A DNA stretch of 64,000 nt. Source: Paragordius varius. Taxonomy: Eukaryota; Animalia; Nematomorpha. The stretch is taken from positions 7,750,001 to 7,814,000 of the forward strand of contig OZ176055.1 in assembly GCA_964247055.1 (NCBI GenBank), given 5' to 3'. This document shows, piece after piece, positions 1 to 11,285 of the stretch. The notes below the pieces were generated by a model, which worked only from the letters and a program-made list of their open reading frames with translations, was not told where the DNA came from and ran no database searches. The translations under genes were made by a program, and so were the position numbers. Within the stretch, counting starts at the first letter, position 1, and each line of letters opens with the position of its first letter.

Positions 1-1080
1 CAGTAAATTAGTTGATTTTGTAAGTTTTATAAATCAAATACATGCTAATATAAAATTTACTATGGACTCTAACCCTACCTGTATCAGTTTTCTTGATACA
101 CTAGTGACTATATCCAATGGAAAACTCAACCATACTGTCTACAGAAAACCCACACATACCAATCTTTACCTCAACGCAAATTCACACCATTACCCACCTC
201 AAAAACATTCAGTAATTAACAAATAAAACGTGCTTACAATTTATGTGATCCAACTTCACTCAAGTCAGAAATCAATACACTTAAACATGCTTTTGAACTT
301 AACGGTTACTCAAAAGATCTTTTTGACAAAATACATAATAAAACAACACATAAAAATAATAATACATTTGTGTCGACAGCCATTTTGCCCTACATCCAAA
401 ATGTCACACCAAAAATTGGCAAAATCTTAAATAAATTCAATATTCGGTCAGTATACACACCTTTTAAAAAACTAATTAATTTTACAAAAGTTAAAGATCC
501 AATTTCTCGAGACAAATTACCCGGAATCTATAAGGCTACTTGCTCTTGCAATGAAGTTTACGTAGGCGAGACAAGCAGATCTATTAATATTAGATTAAAG
601 GAACACCAACAATATATCAAGCACAATAAGCCTAATTCCGGTTTAGCAGAACACGTCTGCAACGAAGGCCACAAAATAATTAAAACCGAGGTACTTCACA
701 ACATTAACAACCCCTTTAAACGATTAATATTAGAAGCAATCGAAATTAAAAAGAATAATGCTCTACTCAACAGAGCGGATGGATATAATCTTTCATCAAT
801 ATGGACTTATGTTTTACAGTAACAACAACACTAATCACCCCTTATTATATATTATAATATTTGTATTTACTACTTCAAACAATCAATTACACCCACTTAA
901 TCACATTTATTAATTTTCTATAATTTTTTTTTAATCCTATAATTGGTTTGTACTAGTATATATAGTAGCTCAATTTCATTCACTCCACTGTGATCAAGAT
1001 CATGCTAACATGGTCGAAATATAAGTTTTATTAATAAATTATTTTATTTGTTAATAATATATTCATACGTTTGCCAAATT
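1..1080 (+). mobile_element. Penelope-like element (PLE), 3' part: RT C-terminus/thumb, GIY-YIG endonuclease and 3' UTR/pseudo-LTR; frameshifted
   Basis: Frame 2 from base 2 reads IKFTMDSNPTCISFLDTLVTISNGKLNHTVYRKPTHTNLYLNANSHHYPPQKHSVI, a typical PLE RT C-terminus. After a frameshift near 220, frame 1 reads IKRAYNLCD...ELNGYS...LPY...GIYKATCSCNEVYVGETSRSINIRLKEH...LAEH...LEAIEI...LLNRADG (GIY-YIG), stop at 822. The element runs off the left edge; its right boundary is approximate. Confidence 0.92.
987..1026 (+). ncRNA. Candidate minimal type I hammerhead ribozyme with G3:C8 core swap
   Basis: ACT(987-989), GTGATCA(990-996), extra A, stem II GATCATG/CTAA loop/CATGGTC (998-1015), GAAA(1016-1019), palindromic ATAT stem III, A1023 as the H17 cleavage position, then AGT pairing with ACT. 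It lies in the 3' end of a PLE, where such ribozymes are known to occur. Confidence 0.55.
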
Positions 1081-1086
1081 AATTCT

Positions 1087-1194
1087 TAAATATTACAATA
1101 ATTTTTTTGTATACAAATTTTTGGTTGTACCCCCCAATGACCCCCCCTTCTCAGATTTGTCCCGCTTTTTCCTTCAAAAAATCTGGTCACCTTA
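1087..1194 (-). mobile_element. Terminal fragment (about 108 bp) of the same hAT family as 50100-52611
   Basis: The reverse complement TAAGGTGACCAGATTTTTTGAAGGAAAAAGCGGGACAAATCTGAGAAGGGGGGGTCATTGGGGGGTACAACCAAAA matches the terminus starting at 50100. Similarity fades after ATTGTAATATTTA. Confidence 0.9.
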
Positions 1195-2638
1195 CTTTTA
1201 TACAATAATTTTAACTGAAGGGTTAGCAGTTAGTGTATTTTCATTTTTTACCAAAGATTCCCGACGCCTTTTCCCCACACTTCTTTTACTTTTTTAAAGA
1301 ATATGATATGGTAATACCATATAGCTCTTGTTTTTATATTCTTTACCAAATATTAATACCCATTTAACGAAAAAAAGTAAATTTTTGATAAAATTAAGTC
1401 TTCATGACTGTATCATTTTAACCTTAACCTTGAATAAGCCATTTAAAAGTTGATAGAAAATAACATTTTTGCCTATAAAGAGCAGGTGGCTTAGAAGTGT
1501 TTAGAAACATCGGCTGCAGTTTTAAAAGAAACCATTTCGTATGGCTTTTCGCTTTTATTACCAAGCCTTTTATAAACCTCTAGAATTAATATATAGTGTA
1601 TTTTTAAACATTATTAGCAATCTAGTGTGCCAAAAATAATTTATTACAAATTGACCTTAATCTATGTCGTATTCATCCAAATTTAAAACAAAATTTTTAT
1701 TTATAATATGAAAGTATAATTAGAATATTCTAATATGATATTATTCCTTTTTTACTTGCAAACATATTCAGTAAAAGGTTGATTTTTATTATAACTAATG
1801 ACTTTTATTTTTTCTAATTTTGACATTTTATGGAATTTTTATAACAAAAAATCGCCCATTTTCAGAGTTATTACTTTTTTATATCTTGGTATTTTAATAA
1901 TACACGGAAATATAAGATAAATTAAGTTATAGGTTTCCTTGTAAGGTTAAGGCAGAGTCCAAATAGTGTTCAAGATAAAATTTTGATCTATAAGTATGTA
2001 TAGAATATTCCATCACACCTTTAAATAACTCAAATATTTCAATCTCTACATTTTTGTATCAAAAATGATAAATAATAAAAATATTGGAAATATGACCAAT
2101 TTTAAGTTGATATCCCAAAATATTACTCTCCGACCGAATTGTTTTGCTAATACATATTGTAAAAGAAAATAACTGTTTTTATTTTCTAGAAATACCTAGG
2201 TGTCACATTTTTACAATTTAGTTTGTGATAAAAAATGTCTGTGTGGGGGTGTTTTAAATATGTAAATTTTTTCAAACATGCCAGTGTTTTAATAAATTAG
2301 GTCTAAATAATCTATCGTTAATACCCTACCTTAGAAAATACGGTTGGCTGTAATTTAAACTGAAAATGCGGCTTGTATCCCTGGTTTATAGTAAATAAAA
2401 ATTATTATAAATAATTTTAGACTATTGGTCTTTTCTTTGGTTATTAGAATTAATGCAATAAATTTGTTTGATCCAATGACTTTAATATTTGCATAAATAA
2501 AATCAATATTATATTGACAAAACATAAGATTAATGACCTGTTTTGCCTAGGTGAGTATTTAAACAATAGGAATCTAGTAAAATTATTTATACTGTATTAT
2601 ACGAAAATTATAAGTGGTTAATATCAGTATATTTTTAG

Positions 2639-5600
2639 GATGTTATGACTCGTGTCCTTCCCAAGGAGCTAAATACGATCATGTTACTAAACAATGTATG
2701 ATAAAGGGTGTTGCATCTGCATGGAAAGCGGACAAAGCATGCGTCGGTAACAAGCAAAGCACTTTTGGATTCGTTGATTTCATAAATAAATTGGTAAAAT
2801 TATTGTTAGTGTAGGATGTATTGATGACACAAAATCTTAGCACATGGGTACCATTTTTCAGAAATGACGATATTTATGCTGATTTCGATGATAGAAGAAT
2901 TATTCGATGTCAAACCAAGGATGAAACAATACCATGCGTTTTTCAATATGACGAAAATTTTTTATTACCGGGTATAGAAAAGTTTAAACATAAAATGTAA
3001 ATTCAGATATTTGGCCCAACCGTTAATTAGTGCCTGTTTATTTATAAATTACTCAAAAATTTATGGTTTTCACTGTGACGATGAATTACCCTTCATTTGT
3101 GTTGCTGAACATTGTGGTAAATATACTATATCATTCTAGGCTTATATTTGGGGGAGGAGTGTTACTATAATGCTGAATGCAAAAAACGCAATGTACTTGC
3201 AATCTGTCGGAACTCTACTTGTGATTGTCCAGATGAATTCTACAAAACTAATCGAACAACGTGTGTTCCGAGTTTTATGCATTTACATAATATATTAGAA
3301 ATTAAATTAACACAAAAGTGTCAGTCTGATGAGGAATGTCTCACAGCAGTATGTAGTAATGGAATTTGTGTTTGTCCTATTGGAGAATACAATGAAAATA
3401 ATGTCTGCAAAAATGGTACGCTTATAAATGGTCTTTAATATCTGTGAGTATATTGCGTGACTGTGGCCGCCTATTACTGTCAAATATTACCAAATGTTTA
3501 TCACATGCAATGAAATGATATAATTTTTGTTAAAATAAAAATTTAAGGTAAAAATGCAAGATTTTATAATAACTTAATTATTTTTCTTTCGTAACCTACA
3601 CTATGAGAAGCAATGTGGTTGGTTAATTTTGTTTTTATCTGGCATTGATATAATCACCAATCATTCATAAGGAGTCATATCAATTTATTTACCTGCTAAA
3701 AACCTTAAAATATGTGTTAGCCACCCTAATTTTGCTATAACAAATAATATTTTTTATACCGCTTGTTTGATAGCATAATTCTGACGGCTCGATGTTAATT
3801 TTAACTTTGACCATCTAAATATTTGATATAATAATTATATTTATTCGTAAGCCTACATTAATGAGTAGAGTCAACTATCTTTTTTTAAAAAAACATGATG
3901 TAAAATATATAAATGCTAATTAACTACAGGGACCCCCATAGGTAAACAATGTAATACCGAACGAGAATGTTTGGTAAAAACAACCTCATCTTTTTGTAAT
4001 AAGGCCAATGGATCTGTGTGCGATTGCTATTCAAACTCCTATTTTGAACCAACAGAAAAGGATTATGGTCAGTGTTCTGCAAGTAATATAATATACAATA
4101 TACGTTTTGCACACCAGCTCGAACTGATAAAATAACTAGTTTAATCAAAGGATGAATTCATTCAACAAAAAAATCGAGATTTTATAAAATACTTATAGTT
4201 TTAACTCCAATTTTATTCCTTTATTCATTTTACCATTCCTTATGCATTTAACTGGAGTACCTTTCGATACATCCTTCTATCATAGAACATAAATATAACG
4301 CTTCATGCGTCCAAAACATTCAATGTCAAACAGATCTTTGTCAAAATGGGGTGTGCCGTTGTCCCGATTACAAGTTTTATAATGGGCAAATTTGTGTTAA
4401 CAGTAATATATATGTTATGGTTCATATCTATAAAATTTAGAAAAGTCTACGCAAGTATCCTGCGCAGACCACGCCGAATGCTTAAGTTCCAACTGTATAA
4501 ATGGCTCTTTTTGCGGATGTGGACAAAATTATATTTTGCGCGACTCAAAATGTGTGTTAAGTAGGTACTTCTCTTTTATGAATTTCATATGATGCAATTG
4601 CACATTAGGAAACTTAATTATATATTTGTTGATGCAATGTTAGATAAATGGTCAGATATAACTTGTCAATCGGACGAGATTTGTAAGGCAACTTTATCAA
4701 AAGCCTATTGTGACTTTAATCGAGTTACCTGTGTTTGCGAACCATTCACTTATTTAGCTTCCAATAAAATTTGCCTTGACAGTAAATATATTTTTTGTAT
4801 ACAGTCTCTTGTAAAAATGATTATTATATATTGTTAATAGAAAAAAACGCACAAATAAAATGCAGCCATCATATGGAATGCTTAACTGGGTATTGCAATA
4901 ATGTTTGTGGTTGTCCTAACGGATCTTACATCGTTGGACAGAGTTGTGTAAGAGGTGTATAAATAAATATAAATTAAATGCCTTCACTTCTATTGAATGT
5001 TAAAATTTTGATTTTTCGGGTGGTATTTTTATTAGGGAATTTCCCCGGGGAAGAATGTGTAGCGGATGAGCATTGTCAACTAACTAACCGTTTTAGTTTA
5101 TGTAAAAACTTTCTTTGCCAATGCCTACCCAAACACAAGTTAAAACGCGGGTTTTGTGATCCAAGTAAATTTATATTTATAGAATATTAATAGCTGAAAA
5201 TATATGGTGTAATTACAGAGCGCTATTTATCATTGAAAATATCAATAAATTAGTCACTGATTTGCATCCGTATAATATTTTAAAATTGATTGAAGCCAAG
5301 GTAAAAGTTATTTATTTAATGATATTAGATGGAGGAATTATTTCGATCGTTTGTGTACTATGAATATTCTTACGTGTTTCATGAGTATTCTAATATTTTT
5401 TATACTTTCTAAAACATTCTATTAATAGCAAACAATAGCTATAATTTTTTGGTATCACTTTGATTTTTATTTATTTAAAAGATTTGTTCAATATATTTTT
5501 AACACAATATTAGGGATTGAAAACTTGGCCTTTTGAAAATTTTTAATTTCAAAACTATCTTTATTTGTTATATCGTTTACATTTTAAGAATTGTATTTGG

Positions 5601-6999
5601 GTTTAGCAAGAAAAAGTAACACATAAATTAATTATATTGTTCAATTTTAGGCTATTTGCATGCTTTTAATAATTAACATGTTAAAGATTTAAAAACTACC
5701 AACAAAATTCGCATTAAAAATCAATGAGGACGCATCATTTTTTGCCAAAAATAATGTTTTTGGAATTATTTGGGATGAAATTTTTTTTTTGCAAAAAGAA
5801 CCAAAACGGTTAGGATTCTTATACCTTAAATATATTCTATATTTTATTCCCTTTTTCTATTTTAAAAGGAATATTCAATCTCTACAACTGATTGAGCAAA
5901 TTGAATTGAATATTTTTGTTAAAGGACCATTGACTGCAAACGATATTAGGGATGCCCTGATTAACAAATTCAAATTTATCTGGAATAATGATATATACAC
6001 AATTAATCCGGAAAAGATTATGATAGTCACCGACAAAGGTTACCACGTTATTATATTTAGTTTAACTAACTCGGTTATATTTTTGTAATCGAGAGATTGG
6101 AATTTAAACCGATTTTTTGTTCCACATATTTTTTAGAACATTTTGATTTCGGTTTAATGTTTTTTTGCGAATCCACTCATATTGCATTCGGTCTAACATT
6201 TGTGATTCTGGTTTCGAGATTTTTGATTTACAGTAGTATTATGATAGGCAAAACATGAACATATAAACCACAAAATTTATATTTATGCATTTATTTACTC
6301 ACAAAAAAATATATTTTTGTAGTTCAAATTAATATAAAATATAATATTAACGAACAAATAATATAATAAATCTATATAAATAAGATTTTACGGTAAACTA
6401 TATATTTATAAAAATGCTGGCTTTATGATCTGTTTCCGGAAAACCGGAAGACCTACTCAAACCCAAATGTCGAAAAAATATAATCATTAATGAATGCCCG
6501 AACAATAGCTTCACCCTTTTTTAAATTAGGCCCCCAGTTCGGGCCCACCCTGTGTAAAAATGGGTTTTTTTGGAACATAAAGCCCACAAAAATCGTGTCT
6601 TTGAGACAATTATCAGGAAAACCTGTTGGACCATTTGATTTCAAATATGATTTTTTTTAATTTTTCGATTGCGCCGAGTCGGTCGCTTTTTTAATCCAGG
6701 CCCTCTTTTTACCCACTCCCCCCGTAAAATGTTATTTTTCAAAAAATTAAGTCCACAATCCATTTTTCGCCCAAGTAAACAATAGAATGCACCGTTTTGA
6801 AATTCTTATGAGATCATAATTAAATAATGTTTCGAAATAATTCACATATTAGGATCATTTTATTGTCCCTTTTTTCACTAATCTTTTCTTGGGAGTTTTA
6901 AACAATGAGTTATCATAAAAAAAATTATGATCAAAAATATGTTTGCCTTTTAGAAAAAAATTGCTTTTATATTTTTGCGTTTTGTCCGTATAATTTATT

Positions 7000-7041
<42 letters not shown>

Positions 7042-7604
7042 TATATATTCAGGAGATTGCACGATACAAAGTTTAACAAGCATCATTAAGGCTTCTTACA
7101 CATTTTTGATCATAATGGTTGCATTTGGGTTGGTTTTGCTCCTTATTTTCAAACTCATATTAAGTACGACATTGCATATATTAATTATATTTTACTATAA
7201 GTGAGAGAAAACCATAAAAAAATACCATGGAAAAGTAAAAAGCTTAGAAAAGCTGTTCAAATACCCAAAAAATCGGAAGATATAAAGCAGAGCCTTATCT
7301 TTTTTGGATGCTCACCGCGTGAAATCGAAAGTATTATATAAGTTTCATATAATTTTTAGATATTACCAAATATAACCAACTCAAAAAATTGTACCTCAGT
7401 TATTTTTATCAAGTGTATTATGACTTCGATTACAAATATCCATATGACTTAAATTTTAACTATACACCTGGATCAGATAAAAAAGAAATAATTGCAGAAA
7501 ACAATGAACCCTTTTATATGAACCCCGAAGAGATTTATGCCGAAGATGAAATCTATAATAACCCGACATATTATTCCAAAAGCATTTATTCATATATTTC
7601 TTAA
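2639..7604 (+). CDS. Putative single-pass receptor: C-type-lectin-like domain + 8 EB-like Cys-rich modules + TM + Tyr-rich tail (5' end unresolved)
   Basis: Hand-spliced GT-AG exons: 2639-~2746, 2815-~2971, 3007-3116 (QPLISACLF...GFHCDDELPFIC, CTLD-like end), 3140-3271, 3299-3415, 3930-4082, 4286-4402, 4441-4560, 4644-4781, 4841-4954, 5036-5164 (each a six-Cys module), 7053-7163 (TM: FLIIMVAFGLVLLLIFKLIL), 7202-7330, 7360-7604 (tail with EEIY, EIY, NPTY). All joins from 3116 onward are phase 1 and in frame. Joins among the first three exons are not fully frame-consistent. Confidence 0.8.
6398..6885 (+). mobile_element. Non-autonomous Helitron family copy 1 (3'-truncated), in an intron of the receptor gene
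   Basis: Starts CTATATATTTATAAAAATG and is collinear with 13533+ and with the reverse complement of 48699-49278 (GATCTGTTTCCGGAAAACCGG, ATCATTAATGAATGCCC, TTAGGCCCCCAG). It lacks the 3' hairpin and CTAG. Confidence 0.8.
7003..7037. repeat. (TA)n microsatellite just upstream of the TM exon acceptor
   Basis: Pure TA run. Similar runs occur near 24350, 33735, 35630, 38630 and 58675. Confidence 0.95.
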
Positions 7605-9017
7605 TAAATTTCACCCAATCTTTGGTTTATGATTTCTGAAGGAAATTATTTTGTTTCATCACATTTAAATTGTATTTATTTGACCATGACGTCCTAACAA
7701 AATGTTTTAAAAAATCAACTTTAATTATAACACTTTGATACCCCTTTTGGGGTAGTAGTTTTTTTGTAATAGCTTAGAGCGTTTTTCCGTTTCTATAATG
7801 TCAAAATAGTATTGTACGCATCAAAAAATTTCGCTATAAATTTAATTTCAAGCAATTTCGGAAAAAAAAATTTCGATGTCGAAATTTAGCACACATTTAA
7901 AGTTTTATCGCGCAAGATCGGCATTTTTGCGTTTGTTGTAAGAAAATGTTCCAACGGGTGCAAATATTTGAGCTTTTAGGGATCGAAGTTTAAAATTTTA
8001 TAAAAATATCGCTTTGTTTGTGATATAAAGTTTGTGATCTATTTTGGTTAAATTTGGAATGAGGATTTATCTTTTATACCAAAAGAAATTTATCCAGCAA
8101 AATGGCTTTATAATTTTGCCATTTAACATAAAGCAATTACTACAAAATAGGTAAAATTTCTTAAGGTCACTAGGGAATCCTGATAGCTTTTTCCATCAGA
8201 ATATATACCTCAACGGGGCATTTTTCCCCATTTCGGGCACTAGGTAATATAGTATAAAATATAAAACAACATTACATTTTGAAGCTCTAATATCCCAGGG
8301 CTATATAAAATTTTAAATACTTCAAAATATTGGTATAGGGCTGAATTAAAAAATATTGCTTCTTTAGCATTTTTAACACAGGATTCAATTTTTTTTTAAA
8401 ATGTAAAATTATAAAAACCTGATCGCATACTTTTTCGCCGCTATTTTTTACTTTATATCCTAATACAACAAGCAAAAAATGTATAATATGTAGAAAGCTT
8501 TGAAATTGCATTGTACCAGAAAATGACGTTAAAAAGCCGTAAAAAGTAGCTTTATTATCTACAAGAAAACCGTGTTTGAAAAAATTTTAACCAAGACAAC
8601 TTTTAAACAATTTATAAACTTTAAGCGTTGGGAGATAAAACTACCCAAACTTGTAATTGTCTGCAACAAATCAAAGGTGATGAAGTGTTATTTCAAACTT
8701 TTGAAAATAAATCAGTATATCTATATACATGGTGTCCACAAAAAAGTTGTGATTATAATAGTGCTTTTGGTTTTGGCCCTTACGCGGGATTTAAGAAAGT
8801 TATTTACACTTTTGTAGTAACTGCTCCATTTCAGAAAATGGCAAAATTCAGGCACATTTTTAAATAAATATTTTTTGTTGAAAGCTAGAGACTTCTTTCC
8901 AAACGACATCTCTAAAATATATCATAAACTGAATATAAAGAGCAAAACAATATTCAAAAATAATTTTTAGATGTGGGTTCCGAATAGAATGGGCGAGTGC
9001 TCTTAAAATACACGTAC

Positions 9018-9630
9018 AGCACTTTTTTGGGTTACCCCTGTGCTCTACTCCATTATTATGATAGGAGTTTTTAACAAAACTGGTTTAATAATAATTTTGT
9101 GTGTATGAGTGTGAAACTAAATGGACACGAAAATTTTTTTAGGATATATGACGAAAGTGTGATTTGCCAATATTTTTTACTATTCTTCTTATTATTGTAC
9201 TGCTGCTTAGAAATATAATATATATGTATTGGACTTTGTTTCCTTCTGCTAAAGATATATCAAATTTTTCGTATTGGGATCGCGACACAGCATATATCCC
9301 AAAAATATTTCAGACTTTCCTCTTACTTAATCCATCTCTACTGAACCCTTTAATTTATTTTAAGTGTTTTTGAAACCGCGCTGTATGCTCGATTTTTTTT
9401 GACCTTTTTAACATGAAATAAAACTGATTAAAATGAGAAGTTTTTGAAATTGGAATAAATATTGTATTAAAATGTTATATATATAAAATTCAGGAATCGG
9501 CTAATCGACGGTAACAAATGTAGTTTATTGATATAGATAAACACAGCTTTCACAATTCGAAAAAAATGAAAGTCACGTTATATATAAAGAAAATAAAATA
9601 AAAAAACTCATAATTTTAAATTAAAACCGT
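9018..9630 (+). repeat. Interspersed repeat family D, copy 1 (unclassified)
   Basis: Collinear with 24105-24790 (CTGTGCTCTACTCCATTATTATG, GTGTGATTTGCCAATATT, GCGACACAGCATATATCC, CTCTACTGAACCCTT, AAACTGATTAAAATGA). Boundaries are approximate. Confidence 0.75.
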
Positions 9631-11161
9631 CATTTTCAGTAGCCTTTCCGAAATATCAACTTAAGTAAAGTCTGGGGTCACTAGATACCCCAATTTAATA
9701 GAAGTGTCAAATTACTCGTAAGGGCCAAAACCAAAAGTAAAATGCTAACCCTGATATATTTTGCTATAGAATATATATTTCATCAAGATTTTTGTGGGCA
9801 CTGGGTATAAATTGTTTTTTTACACAACTCCATCAAAATTTGGAAGCAAACGAACCTTTAAATTACTTGAGAGATAAAAATGAGCATCATTGAATTATAT
9901 CAGAAACTGTTATTTTTAATATCCTAAAGTGCTTTATACTGTTTTCATTATGCTTTAAATAGTATGAAGTACGTTCGACAAAATTTTGCCAATAAATATT
10001 TTAGCAAAATACCCATTTTTCGGGATAATCATTTTAATGTACACGCAATCTTGACATTTTTGCGTTTATTTCAAAACTCTATGATCTTTTGCGGGTAGTT
10101 TAAGATCTCAGAGTGATTTATAAATGTGTTAAAAAATAACTAATTGGCCGAAAATGCGCTTTTTAGCCTTTTGAGCGCATAATACAAACCTTTTTAAAAA
10201 ATGTAAAATTTAAATCCCAATCTCAAATTTTTTGGCAGCCGCCATTATAAATAAATGTCTATTATAGAGAAAATGTAAATAATAAGCAATATTTTTGCAT
10301 TGTTTAGAGTAACCTATTCAGTTTCATCGTGTTTAAGTGTCCGAAATTTATACTCTAGAAGTTGCGAAGGTGTGAATAATTTAAGCTTCTTGTCTAATGT
10401 AGTTGTTAATTTACGAGATATAGATATGGGATACAAAACTGCATTTGTCTTCGCGGTCAAAAACGTGAAAAGATCATGAAGTATTAAAAAAATTAGCCTA
10501 TTTAAAAAAGGCGAAAAAATTTATGACTTTCAAAGGCCATATCTAAAAATTATCTTTTTAAAAAACATTGTTTTGTTTTTATATCTAATGTATGAGAGAA
10601 AATATTATTTTTAAAATAAACCATTTATTTTACAAAAACTTTTATTTAATGGAATGTGAGTAAATTTTGCCATTTTCTGATATGGAGCAGGTACCACAAA
10701 AGTTTAAACTTCATTATATTAGTCTTAATATTAAAAACAACGTATTTAACCATGATATTATAAAAAAATTATCAGGATAATGTGTGCTCTGAATAAATTT
10801 ATATATTATGGGTTAATTTGACTCATCTGTTTTAAAATACAGTTATCAACATTTTTACAAATGTATCATGCTGTCTTTTAAATAGCTGGAAAACCACATG
10901 GTAAATATTTAGCATTAATTTAAATATTAATTTTTTATGTATGTTTGTTATATTTTAAATATTTTTGTATTTTTGTTCCACTTTAATATATTAGATTTCT
11001 ATTGAATAGCCACACTTTTTATATATTATCGGCTGCTTTTCTCAGCCCATATATTATTATCGTCTGCCTTAGTTTGATAAGGTTATTCGACTCTTCGATT
11101 GGTTGAACTGTTTTCAAAATGAAAAAAAAAATTTGATACCAATTTTACAGTTACCTTAATA

Positions 11162-11285
11162 ATGATATCTAAATCATCCCCCATAATTAATGGAACCAGT
11201 TTTTCCGACAAATTCATAGAAAATTTGTCTGCAACTGGAAAAAATTCTTACAAGAATGGTTACACTAACGGAACGGTCTATAAAG
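11162..11285 (+). CDS. Isolated candidate first coding exon (MISKSSPIINGTSFSDKFIENLSATGKNSYKNGYTNGTVYK), possibly a distal exon of the POU gene
   Basis: ATG at 11162, 41 open codons, strong donor AAG|GTAAAT at 11286 (phase 1). This phase fits the acceptor at 39805/39806. The link to the POU gene is inference only. Confidence 0.35.

Noticed and set aside
2190-2550. Upstream exons of the receptor gene (acceptor at 2189; strong donor TAG|GTGAGT at 2550)
   Set aside because: All three frames from 2190 are blocked, and the frame open before 2550 has no start codon or signal-peptide character. Left unresolved rather than annotated.
4083-4117. A 35-nt intron after the third EB module
   Set aside because: All frames after the AG at 4117 hit stops quickly. 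The next real exon starts at 4286, so this intron is 203 nt.
6453-6644. ORFs 6453-6644, 13505-13897 and 13542-13772 as genes
   Set aside because: They lie inside non-autonomous Helitron copies, are not conserved in frame among the three copies and have no recognisable motifs.
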